Part shown: piece by piece, positions 8,131-16,164 of the stretch
Layout of the letters: each line of letters begins with the position of its first letter
How positions within the stretch are numbered: the first letter of the stretch is position 1
Assembly (NCBI GenBank): GCA_041497895.1
Contig: JBGQHJ010000048.1
Location: forward strand, 1 to 30,158
Direction of reading: 5' to 3'
Length of the DNA stretch: 30,158 nucleotides
Origin: Candidatus Methylomirabilia bacterium
Lineage (GTDB): Bacteria > Methylomirabilota > Methylomirabilia > Rokubacteriales > CSP1-6
Translations under genes and position numbers: made by a program
Notes under the pieces: generated by a model
Seen by the model: the letters and a program-made list of their open reading frames with translations, nothing else
Database searches by the model: none
What the model was told of the DNA's origin: nothing

Positions 8131-9714
8131 ATGTACGACTACGTGATCGTCGGCGCCGGCTCCGCCGGCTGCGTCCTCGCCAACCGCCTCTCCGCCGATC
8201 CGGCCGTCACCGTGCTGCTGCTCGAGGCCGGCGGCCCCGACACCTCGCCCTTCATCCACACGCCCGCGATGATGGGCTTCCTGCCGGACGGCCCGTACGA
8301 CTGGCGCTACCGCACGGTGCCCCAGGCATACTGCAACCTGCGGCGCTTCCCGTGGCCGCGGGGGCGGACGCTCGGCGGCTCCAGCTCGATCAACTACATG
8401 ATCTACATCCGGGGTCACGCCTCGGACTACGACCGCTGGGCGCAGGCGGGCAACAAGGGCTGGGGCTACGAGGACGTCCTGCCGCTCTTCCGTAAGTCGG
8501 AGCACAACGAGCGAATGGAGGACCGCTACCACGGCCGCGGCGGCCCGCTCAACGTGGCCGACCACCGGTTCCGCCACCCGCTCTCCGAGATGTTCGTGGC
8601 CTCCGCGCAGGAGGCCGGCGTGCCCGCCAACGCCGACTTCAACGGCTCGGTGCAGGACGGGGCGGGCTTCTACCAGGTTACCCAGAAGGACGGGCTCCGC
8701 TGGAGCACCGCGAGCGCGTTCCTGCGGCCGGCGCTGCCGCGACCGAACCTCACCGTGATCACCGGCGCGCTCACCTGCCGGATCCGCTTCACGGGCCGGC
8801 GCGCGACCGGCGTCGAGTACGTGCGCCACGGGCAGTCGGCCCTGGCCGACGCCGCCCGCGAGGTCGTCCTCTGCGGCGGCAGCGTCAACTCGCCCCAGCT
8901 CCTGATGCTCTCCGGCGTGGGGCCGGCCGACCACCTGCGCGCGATCGGTATCGACGTGGTCGCGGACCTGCCCGGCGTCGGCCGGAACCTGCAGGACCAC
9001 CTCGGCACGTTCGTCCGCAACGAGATCACGGTGCCGTTCTCGCTCTACGGCGCCACGCCCGAGCAGCTCGCCCAGGTGCAGGCCGAGTACGAGGCGACGC
9101 GGCAGGGCCTCTTCACCTCGAACATCGCGGAGGCGGGCGCCTTCCTCCGCACCGGCGGCGCCGACGGGCCGCCCAACCTGCAGGGCTTCTTCCTGCCGTA
9201 TTGCCTGACCGAGTCGCCGATCGAGGCGTTCCAGCCCTACTGCCACGGCATCACGTTCGCGTTCTACGTGAACCGACCGGCCAGCCGCGGCCAGATCACG
9301 CTCGCCTCCGCCGATCCGCTCGATCAGCCGCTCATCGATCCGGCCTACCTGAGCGATCCCGCCGACCTGCCGCAGTTCGTGGCGGGGATCCAGATGGTGC
9401 GCGAGATCTTCCGGGCCAAGCCGCTCGCCGACATTCTCGGGCGAGAGCTGGGGCCAGGCGCCGAGGCGCGCACCGGGGCCGAGATCGCGACCTACGTGCG
9501 CGACCGCGCCTCGGGCACCATCTTCCACCCGGTCGGCACCTGCAAGATGGGCTCCGACGAGCTGGCGGTGGTGGATGCCTCCCTCCGCGTGCACGGGCTG
9601 GACGGGTTGCGGGTGGTCGACGCCTCGATCATGCCGACCCTCATCGGCGGCAACACCAACGCGCCGACCATCATGATCGCGGAGAAGGCGGCGGCGATGA
9701 TGCTGGGCGGCTGA
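8131..9714 (+). CDS. GMC family FAD oxidoreductase (choline/alcohol dehydrogenase-like)
   Basis: YDYVIVGAGSAG, GRTLGGSSSIN, SPQLLMLSGVG, VGRNLQDH, FHPVGTCKMG, GNTNAPTIMIAEK. Confidence 0.95.
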   Translation: MYDYVIVGAGSAGCVLANRLSADPAVTVLLLEAGGPDTSPFIHTPAMMGFLPDGPYDWRYRTVPQAYCNLRRFPWPRGRTLGGSSSINYMIYIRGHASDYDRWAQAGNKGWGYEDVLPLFRKSEHNERMEDRYHGRGGPLNVADHRFRHPLSEMFVASAQEAGVPANADFNGSVQDGAGFYQVTQKDGLRWSTASAFLRPALPRPNLTVITGALTCRIRFTGRRATGVEYVRHGQSALADAAREVVLCGGSVNSPQLLMLSGVGPADHLRAIGIDVVADLPGVGRNLQDHLGTFVRNEITVPFSLYGATPEQLAQVQAEYEATRQGLFTSNIAEAGAFLRTGGADGPPNLQGFFLPYCLTESPIEAFQPYCHGITFAFYVNRPASRGQITLASADPLDQPLIDPAYLSDPADLPQFVAGIQMVREIFRAKPLADILGRELGPGAEARTGAEIATYVRDRASGTIFHPVGTCKMGSDELAVVDASLRVHGLDGLRVVDASIMPTLIGGNTNAPTIMIAEKAAAMMLGG

Positions 9715-9722
9715 CCGGCGCG

Positions 9723-10628
9723 ATGCAGCCGGTGACGACGGTGTCTGCCGGGCAGGCCCCGCGTCGCCTCGATGTCTTCGTGTCCACCCAGACCGCGCGC
9801 CTGTCGCGGGCGGTGGTCCAGCGGTGGATCGACGGCGGGCTGATCACGGTCAATGGCCGGCGGACCAAGGCCGCCCGGCTGATTCGCCCCGGCGACGTGA
9901 TCACCTGCCACGTCCCGGTGCGCGAGCCTCCGGCGGTCGAGCCCGAGCCCCTCGCGCTGCGCGTGCTCCACGAGGACGCGGACCTCCTGGTGATCGACAA
10001 GTCCCCGGGCCTCGTGATGCATCCCGGCCCCGGCCACTGGACGGGCACCCTGCTCAACGGCCTCGTGCACCACGTGGGCCCCGGCGAGGGCCGGCGCGCC
10101 CGGCCCGGGCTGGTGCATCGCCTCGACAAGGGCACGAGCGGGGTCCTCGTGATCGCCAAGACCGACGCGGCCCACCGTGACCTCTCGCGCCAGTTCCGCG
10201 CGCACTCCGTGCACCGCGTGTACCTCGCCCTGGTGGCCGGCGCGGTCCGGCGGGGCGGGCTGATCGACCAGGGGCTCGGACGCGACCCGCGCGATCGGCG
10301 CCTCGTCTCGACGTGCTCGGCCGCTCCGCGCCGGGCGGTGACGGAGTATCGCGTGGCCGAACGCCTCGGGCCCGACGCGACGCTGGTCGAGGCGCGCCCG
10401 CGCACCGGCCGCATGCATCAGATCCGGGTGCACCTCGCCTCGATCGGCCACGCGGTCCTGGGCGACGCAAGCTACGGCGTGGCGCCGGTCGATCCCACGC
10501 TGGCTCGCCCGATGCTCCACGCGGCGGTGCTCGGCTTCGCGCACCCGGCGACCGGCGAGTACGCGGAGTTCCGCGCGCCCCTGCCGGCCGACATGGAGCG
10601 CGCGGTGGCGGCCCGTCGCGCGGTCTGA
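9723..10628 (+). CDS. RluA/RluD family pseudouridine synthase with S4 domain
   Basis: RLDVFV...LSRA S4 domain, catalytic HRLDKGTSG, TGRMHQIRVH, LHAAVLGFAHP. Confidence 0.92.
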   Translation: MQPVTTVSAGQAPRRLDVFVSTQTARLSRAVVQRWIDGGLITVNGRRTKAARLIRPGDVITCHVPVREPPAVEPEPLALRVLHEDADLLVIDKSPGLVMHPGPGHWTGTLLNGLVHHVGPGEGRRARPGLVHRLDKGTSGVLVIAKTDAAHRDLSRQFRAHSVHRVYLALVAGAVRRGGLIDQGLGRDPRDRRLVSTCSAAPRRAVTEYRVAERLGPDATLVEARPRTGRMHQIRVHLASIGHAVLGDASYGVAPVDPTLARPMLHAAVLGFAHPATGEYAEFRAPLPADMERAVAARRAV

Positions 10629-10859
10629 GGGCGATCGGCGAGCGGCGATTTCCTCTTGACAGCTTTCTACGGGCAGCCGCGAAGCGGGTCGAACAGGCTG
10701 ATGGAATACGGGCTGAGTGCCCCGCATCAGCGGCGTGATGCACGTTCGCGAGGGCGGAGACGGCGGATCGTGGGGTGCGCGGCGATCGCGTGATATACGC
10801 GATCTGAGCCGGGACGGAATCCAGGGGTTTGAGTTCTCCGAGTACAGGGGAGGACTCTC

Positions 10860-12207
10860 ATGCAGACGCGACCGCCGGAGCTTACCGCCACGTTGCAGCC
10901 CACGGCACAGCCCACCGCCGAGCTGGACCGCCTGGGCGACCAGATCGCCGAACTCTCCGCCCACCTCGATGCGGCGACCGCCCGACTCCTTGCGCTCATC
11001 CGCGAGTTCGACGCCTGCGGTGGCTGGAACACCGGCTTCCGGTCCTGCGCCGAGTGGCTCACGTGGCGTGTCGGACTCGCCCCGGGCTCCGCTCGTGAGC
11101 GCGTTCGGGTAGCGCGCGCTCTCGGCTCGCTGCCGGCCGTGACGGCGGCCCTGGAGCGTGGACCGTTGTCCTACGCCAAGGTCCGTGCTCTGACACGCGT
11201 GGCGACCCCGGAGACCGAGGCCCGATTGCTCGCGGTAGCGCGCGCGGGCACAGCGGTCCACGTGGAGCGCATCGTGCAGGGGTGGCGCCAGGTAGACCGG
11301 CAGAACGAGGCTCGCAAGGCTGCGCGTCAGCATGCCGGTCGGACGGAACGCTGGTGCTGCGCGGGCGCCTTGCCCCCGAAGTGGGCGCGCTGATGCTGCG
11401 TGCGCTCGACGCGGCCCGCGAGACGCTCTACCAGCGGCGCCGCGCCGGCGCGATCATTCCCTCCGTTATCGATTCCACCGCGGACGCTCCGACCCGGCCG
11501 CGGCAGCAGGCGGATGCTCTGGCCTTGCTGGCCGAGGCAGCGCTTCGTCACGAGCTCGACCCGGGTTCCCCCGCAGAGCGGTATCAGGTCGTGGTCCACG
11601 TAGACGCCGTGGTCCTGGTGGATCCTGCTCAGGCCGGAGAGTCGGCGCTCGAAGACGGGCCGCGGGTTCCCGCGGGAACGTCGCAACGGCTGGCCTGCGA
11701 TGCGAGCCGGGTGGTGATGCGGCACGACGAGGACGGGCGGGTGGTGGAAGCCGGAGCCCCCACGCGGACGATCCCGCCGGCGCTCCGGCGGGCGCTGCAC
11801 CATCGGGACCGGAGCTGCCGCTTCCCGGGTTGCACCGTCCGAGTGGGTGAGGGGCATCACGTGCGCCACTGGGCCCAGGGGGCCCGACCACGCTGTCGAA
11901 TCTGGCGCCACTGTGCCGTCGCCATCACCGCTCGGTTCACGAGGAGGGCTACCAGATGGAGCGCGGGTCTGACGGCGCGCTCCAGTTCCGACGGCCGGAT
12001 GGTCGGCGGCTGCCCGAGGTGCCCGCGCCGCCGCCATTGCCCACCGATCCGGTGGAGGCGCTTCAGGCGGAGCACACCGCGCAGGGGCTTCAGATCGATG
12101 CGCGCACCGGGGTCGCGGGATGGCAGGGGGAGCGCCTGGACGTAGGATGGGCGATCGACGTGCTCCACCCGTTGGCGACGCGAGCCACCGTCCGACGAGC
12201 GACTTGA
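10860..12207 (+). pseudogene. DUF222 + HNH endonuclease gene (REP13E12-like) with two frameshifts
   Basis: Frame A: LGDQIAELSAH...GFRSCAEWLTWR...ARERVRVARAL...LSYAKVRALTR. Shift near 11342 into DGTLVLRGRL...QRLACDAS...RDRSCRFPGC...HHVRHWAQG. Shift at the G5 run 11878-11882 into GPTTLSNLAPLCRRHHRSVHEEG, ending at stop 12207. Confidence 0.85.
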
Positions 12208-12328
12208 CCCCGGAGGCCGCTCCGGGGAAGGCTCTACGAGGACGCGCGCCGGGCGCGCCATTCCGCGACGATCGCTTCCACGTCGAGCGGGCCGAGGCGG
12301 GTGGGAGGACCCTCGGTCGACCGCGCGT

Positions 12329-13951
12329 TCACCTTGGCGATTTCCCGACCTCCACCCTCGCACGGATCTCGTCCATTCCTCCCGTGAAGTAGAACGCCTC
12401 TTCGGGGAGCCGATCGTGCACGCCGTCGAGAGTCTCGCGGCAGACCTGGAGGGCCTCGGCCCGGCTGACGGTGACGCCGGGTTGGTGCGTGTACGGCTCG
12501 GCCACGTAGAACGGCTGGGCGAAGAACCGCTGGACCTTGCGGGCGCGCTGCTTCAGCAGCTCGCCTTCCGGGCCCGCGGGGGTCTCCGCCGCCGTCGCCG
12601 GGAGCGACTGCCGGACTCGCGCCGCGATCTCGGCGTGCTCCGGCTCCACGAGGCCCGCGTCGAGGAGACGGGACCGGGAGGCGAGCGGGTCGATGGGGGG
12701 ATAGATACCGATCTGCGCGAGGTCCTTCGACAGGCGGATCACCGCGTCCACCGAGGGCAGCGTCGCGAGGCGCTCGGCCGTCCACTCCTCCTGGCCGAGG
12801 AAGTAGAACGTCTGCACCGTGCCGGCGGTGCCGCCGGTGTGGCCCTCCTTCGCCCACATCTCCTGGAATTCACGCTCCGGCCCGGGGTGCGGCGGGATGA
12901 AGGCGAAGACCGAGAGGCCTCCAGGCTCGCGGCTGAGCCGGCGGCATAGCTCCTCCACCACGACGCAGGTCCCCGCCCGAAGCTCGCCGGCGACCGCCAC
13001 CGTGCCACCCCGCACGAGCGGGCACATCACGTCGATGACCTTGATGCCGGTCTCCAGCACCTGCGCGGGCCGATCGGGCTCGCGGGTCGGACCGGCCAGG
13101 AGCCGGACCGCCCGGTCGAGCGCCTCCCGCCCGGCCGGAGCCTCGATGCGTCGGCCGGCGCTCAGCACGGTCATGCCGGCCGTCAGGCCCTCGATCGGCG
13201 ACAGCGGCACGCAGCGGACGACCCCGTCCTCCAGCAGCTGGACGACCTGGACAGTGACGGCTCGACGGCGGGGCGTGTCGCTCACGGTGAGCTCGGTGAG
13301 CGGGTCGGGCAGGTTGGTCGGGTCGAAGAGAACCTCCACCACGTCCTCGTGGGTCCGCACGATCCGGCCGATCCGGGCCGCGAAGTCGTCAGGGAGCCGA
13401 TGCGCCTCGAGCGTGTCCTTGACCATGGTCAGTGTGCCTCGCTTGAGCTGCTGCCTCACCGCGTGGAGACGGTTGTTCACCGTCGTCACGGGCAGGCCCA
13501 GGAAGGTGGCGATGTCCTGCTGGGTGCATTCGTGCACGTGGAAGAGCGTCATCACCTCGCGCACCGGGCTCGGGAGCTCGGCGATGGCGCCCAGCACGGC
13601 CGCGACCTGCTCTCTGTCCTCGGCCTGGTGGTCCGGTCCCCTCCCGCTGGCCGGCACGCCGCGGGCGGCCTCCAGGGGCAGGGGTGCTTCCCGTCGCTGC
13701 CTCAGGACCCGGTAGGCCTGGTGCCGCACGATTCCCCTGAACCAACCGGGGAAGGCGGCCGGATCGGCCAGGGTGCGGAGCCCGAACCAGGCCGCGACGA
13801 AGGCCTCCTGGACGACGTCTTCCGCCTGCTGAAGGTCGCGCAGCAGGGCCACGGCATAGCCGAACGCCATGTGCTGGAAGCGCCGTGTGACCTCCGCGAA
13901 CGCCTCCAGGTCTCCCTGCTGGGCCCGCTGGATCAGCTGCTCCACGTCCAT
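12329..13951 (-). CDS. ECF sigma-70 factor fused to a degenerate F1-ATPase beta-subunit-like domain
   Basis: ATG 13951 with GGAGG RBS. aa1-170: sigma region 2 (AEDVVQEAF, FPGWFRGIVR) and region 4 (LPSPVREV...DIATFLGLPVTTVNNRLH). aa194-540: AtpD-like ETGIKVIDVMCP, GIYPPIDPLASRSR, RARKVQRFFAQPFYVAE, LPEEAFYFTG. Confidence 0.9.
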   Translation of the reverse strand: MDVEQLIQRAQQGDLEAFAEVTRRFQHMAFGYAVALLRDLQQAEDVVQEAFVAAWFGLRTLADPAAFPGWFRGIVRHQAYRVLRQRREAPLPLEAARGVPASGRGPDHQAEDREQVAAVLGAIAELPSPVREVMTLFHVHECTQQDIATFLGLPVTTVNNRLHAVRQQLKRGTLTMVKDTLEAHRLPDDFAARIGRIVRTHEDVVEVLFDPTNLPDPLTELTVSDTPRRRAVTVQVVQLLEDGVVRCVPLSPIEGLTAGMTVLSAGRRIEAPAGREALDRAVRLLAGPTREPDRPAQVLETGIKVIDVMCPLVRGGTVAVAGELRAGTCVVVEELCRRLSREPGGLSVFAFIPPHPGPEREFQEMWAKEGHTGGTAGTVQTFYFLGQEEWTAERLATLPSVDAVIRLSKDLAQIGIYPPIDPLASRSRLLDAGLVEPEHAEIAARVRQSLPATAAETPAGPEGELLKQRARKVQRFFAQPFYVAEPYTHQPGVTVSRAEALQVCRETLDGVHDRLPEEAFYFTGGMDEIRARVEVGKSPR

Positions 13952-14001
13952 GGGGTGCCTCCAGCAATAGGTGCCAGCTTCGGGCACCGACCTTTGGCCA
14001 G

Positions 14002-14766
14002 CTAGAGCGCGATCGACAGGCCCGCGTCCACGGTCAGGACCTGGCCCGTGATGTAGGAGGCGGCGTCGGAGGCCAGGAAGATGACGGCGCCCACCAGCTC
14101 GTCGGGCCGGCCGAATCGTTGCAGCGGGATGCGGCGCGCCAGCTCGACCACACGCGGCTGGGAGAAGAACGGGGCGTTTCCGTCGGTCAGGAAGAACCCG
14201 GGCGCGATCGCGTTGGCCGCGATCCCCTTCTGGCCCAGCTCGACCGCGAGCGCGCGCATCAGGGCCTCGAGCCCGCCCTTCGAGGCCACGTAGGCCGGAT
14301 CGCCCTGAAATGACCGCGGCCCCACCATCGAGCTGACGAAGACGAGCCGCCCCTGGCCGCGGGCCGCCATGTGCCGCGCGGCCACGCGAGAGAGCTCGTA
14401 CTGCGCGACCAGGTTGGTCTCGATCAGACGACGGAAGTCCTCGGCCGCGATCTCCTCCAGGGTCCGGCGGTCGCGCACGGCCGCGTTGTTGACGAGGCAG
14501 TCGAGCCGGCCGTGCCGGGTCACGATCGCGCCCATCGCCGCCGCCCCCGCGCTCAGGTCGGTGATGTCGAAGGGAGCGGGAAAGGCGTTCGGAATACTAT
14601 CCGCGACCTCACCGGCCCGTGCCGGGTCCCGCCCGTTGATCCCGACCGCCGCGCCGGCCGCGGCCATGCCGCGCGCGATCGCGAGCCCGAGCCCCCGCGT
14701 CGAGCCGGTGACCAGTACGACGCGCCCCGACAGCGAGAAACGCTCGATCCCCGGAGTCTTGTCCAT
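14002..14766 (-). CDS. SDR family oxidoreductase (gluconate 5-dehydrogenase-like)
   Basis: VLVTGSTRGLG, LVNNAA, YVASK catalytic motif, NAIAPG, SYITGQ; start ATG 14766. Confidence 0.92.
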   Translation of the reverse strand: MDKTPGIERFSLSGRVVLVTGSTRGLGLAIARGMAAAGAAVGINGRDPARAGEVADSIPNAFPAPFDITDLSAGAAAMGAIVTRHGRLDCLVNNAAVRDRRTLEEIAAEDFRRLIETNLVAQYELSRVAARHMAARGQGRLVFVSSMVGPRSFQGDPAYVASKGGLEALMRALAVELGQKGIAANAIAPGFFLTDGNAPFFSQPRVVELARRIPLQRFGRPDELVGAVIFLASDAASYITGQVLTVDAGLSIAL

Positions 14767-14823
14767 GCCTTCCCCGGATAATAGAATGCCCCTCCCGACA
14801 TTGAAAGAGACAGGAGGGTCGCC

Positions 14824-16140
14824 GTGGCCAAGAACGCACGCAAGGAGTTCCCGGTCTTCGACTGTGACAGCCACGTCGTCGAGCCACCGGCGATATGGGA
14901 CGAGTACGTGCCGGCCCGGAGCCGCGCCTGGGTGAAGACGCAGTTCTGCTTCCACACCGACAGCGATCTGCTCTTCATCAACGGCCGCGTGGTCCCGGCC
15001 GCGCGCGAGCGCTCGAACGCGGCCGAGGTCGGCTGGGCCCGCTGGGACAAGAAAGAGGTGGGCAGGCTCACCCCCGGCACCGCCGCCTGGCAGAAGAAGT
15101 TCGGCCGCCTGCTCGGTTGCCGCGACCCGCAGGCGCGGCTCAGGGACATGGACGCGCTGGGCACCGACCAGGTGATGCTGTTCCCCACGTGGTTCGTGCG
15201 TCTGGCGCTGGTGCGCAGCGTGGAGGCGGCGACGGTGCTGGCCCAGGCCTACAACAACTGGGTGCTCGACTACTGCGTCGCCGACAAGCGGCGGCTGTTT
15301 CCCTGCGCGGTCCTGCCCTTGCAGAGCGTCGAGGCGTCGATCGCGGAGCTCCGGCGGGTCGCGAAGCTGGGCTTCAAGGCGGCCGCGGTGCGCCCCTGTT
15401 TCTGGAACGGGCGCTATCCCACCCTGGCCGAGTTCGATCCCCTGTGGCGCGAGTTCGAGGCCACCGGGATGGTGCTGGCCATGCACACCTTCCCCTCCCG
15501 CGAAGCGCTGACGCCCGAATGGGGCGAGCGCATGGCGCAGGCGCGCGGTCACTCGGGCCAGGGGCTGCTGTTCACCGACGAGTCCGTGGTCTATTCGCCC
15601 GGGCAGTTCGTATCGAACATCACCGCGGCCATGGATCCCGCCATCGACGCCTCCGAGACGCTCGGCTTCCTGCTGGAGGCGATGACCTGGGTGACCGTGG
15701 TCGTGCAGACCGGCTGGCTGGAGAAGTTCCCGAAGCTGAAGGCGGCGGTGCTGGAATCGAACGCCTCGTGGCTCCCGCTGGTCCTGTCGCGCTCGTCGAA
15801 CTTCTCGAACCTGTTCGCGTTTCAGCGCGACAACCGGCTCATCCGCGATCCGGTCGACGTGTTCAACGAGCGCTGCTTCATCGGCTTCGAGTCGGACGAG
15901 ACGCTGGTCTACCGCCTGTGGGACGTGTTCCAGGACGTCGCGATCTGGTCGTCGGACTATCCGCACCACGACGCCGAGGACGCGTGGGACGGCCTGCACC
16001 ACATGGCCGAGTTCAAGGTCCCGGCCGCGGCGCAGAGGAAGCTGATGGGCGAGAACGCGCGCACGCTCTACGGCATCGAGCCGCTGATGGCGGTCGAGGA
16101 GCGGATCGAGGAGTACGCGCCCGCGATCCTGCCCTGGTAG
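14824..16140 (+). CDS. Amidohydrolase_2 family metalloenzyme
   Basis: DCDSHVVEP, ARLRDMDALG, AYNNW, FDPLW, EKFPKLK, WSSDYPHHD; GTG with AGGAGG RBS. Confidence 0.9.
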   Translation: MAKNARKEFPVFDCDSHVVEPPAIWDEYVPARSRAWVKTQFCFHTDSDLLFINGRVVPAARERSNAAEVGWARWDKKEVGRLTPGTAAWQKKFGRLLGCRDPQARLRDMDALGTDQVMLFPTWFVRLALVRSVEAATVLAQAYNNWVLDYCVADKRRLFPCAVLPLQSVEASIAELRRVAKLGFKAAAVRPCFWNGRYPTLAEFDPLWREFEATGMVLAMHTFPSREALTPEWGERMAQARGHSGQGLLFTDESVVYSPGQFVSNITAAMDPAIDASETLGFLLEAMTWVTVVVQTGWLEKFPKLKAAVLESNASWLPLVLSRSSNFSNLFAFQRDNRLIRDPVDVFNERCFIGFESDETLVYRLWDVFQDVAIWSSDYPHHDAEDAWDGLHHMAEFKVPAAAQRKLMGENARTLYGIEPLMAVEERIEEYAPAILPW

Positions 16141-16164
16141 GGCGCCGGGACGCGAGGCGCCCGC

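Noticed and set aside
4601..9594. 1060-aa and 1059-aa ORFs as giant fusion proteins
   Set aside because: Only their C-terminal parts are real (DppC, SBP); the extensions are stop-poor GC shadow frames over other genes.
12329..13372. Functional ATP synthase beta subunit (atpD)
   Set aside because: Walker A Lys, catalytic Glu, Walker B region and DELSEED are absent, and there is no atp operon context.
13424..13440. Separate internal start (Met176) for the AtpD-like domain
   Set aside because: Only a weak GAGG 10 nt upstream and no stop in the sigma frame; cannot be supported from sequence alone.
14002..16002. 666-aa SDR fusion, and similar long ORFs at 9201, 17227, 19999, 21866, 21938 and 27461
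   Set aside because: N-terminal extensions overlap well-supported genes in other frames; the true starts show RBSs, promoters or stop/start overlaps.
16140..16162. Intrinsic terminator GGGCGCC...GGCGCCC between convergent genes
   Set aside because: A hairpin is present, but there is no U-tract on either strand and such stems are expected at this GC content.
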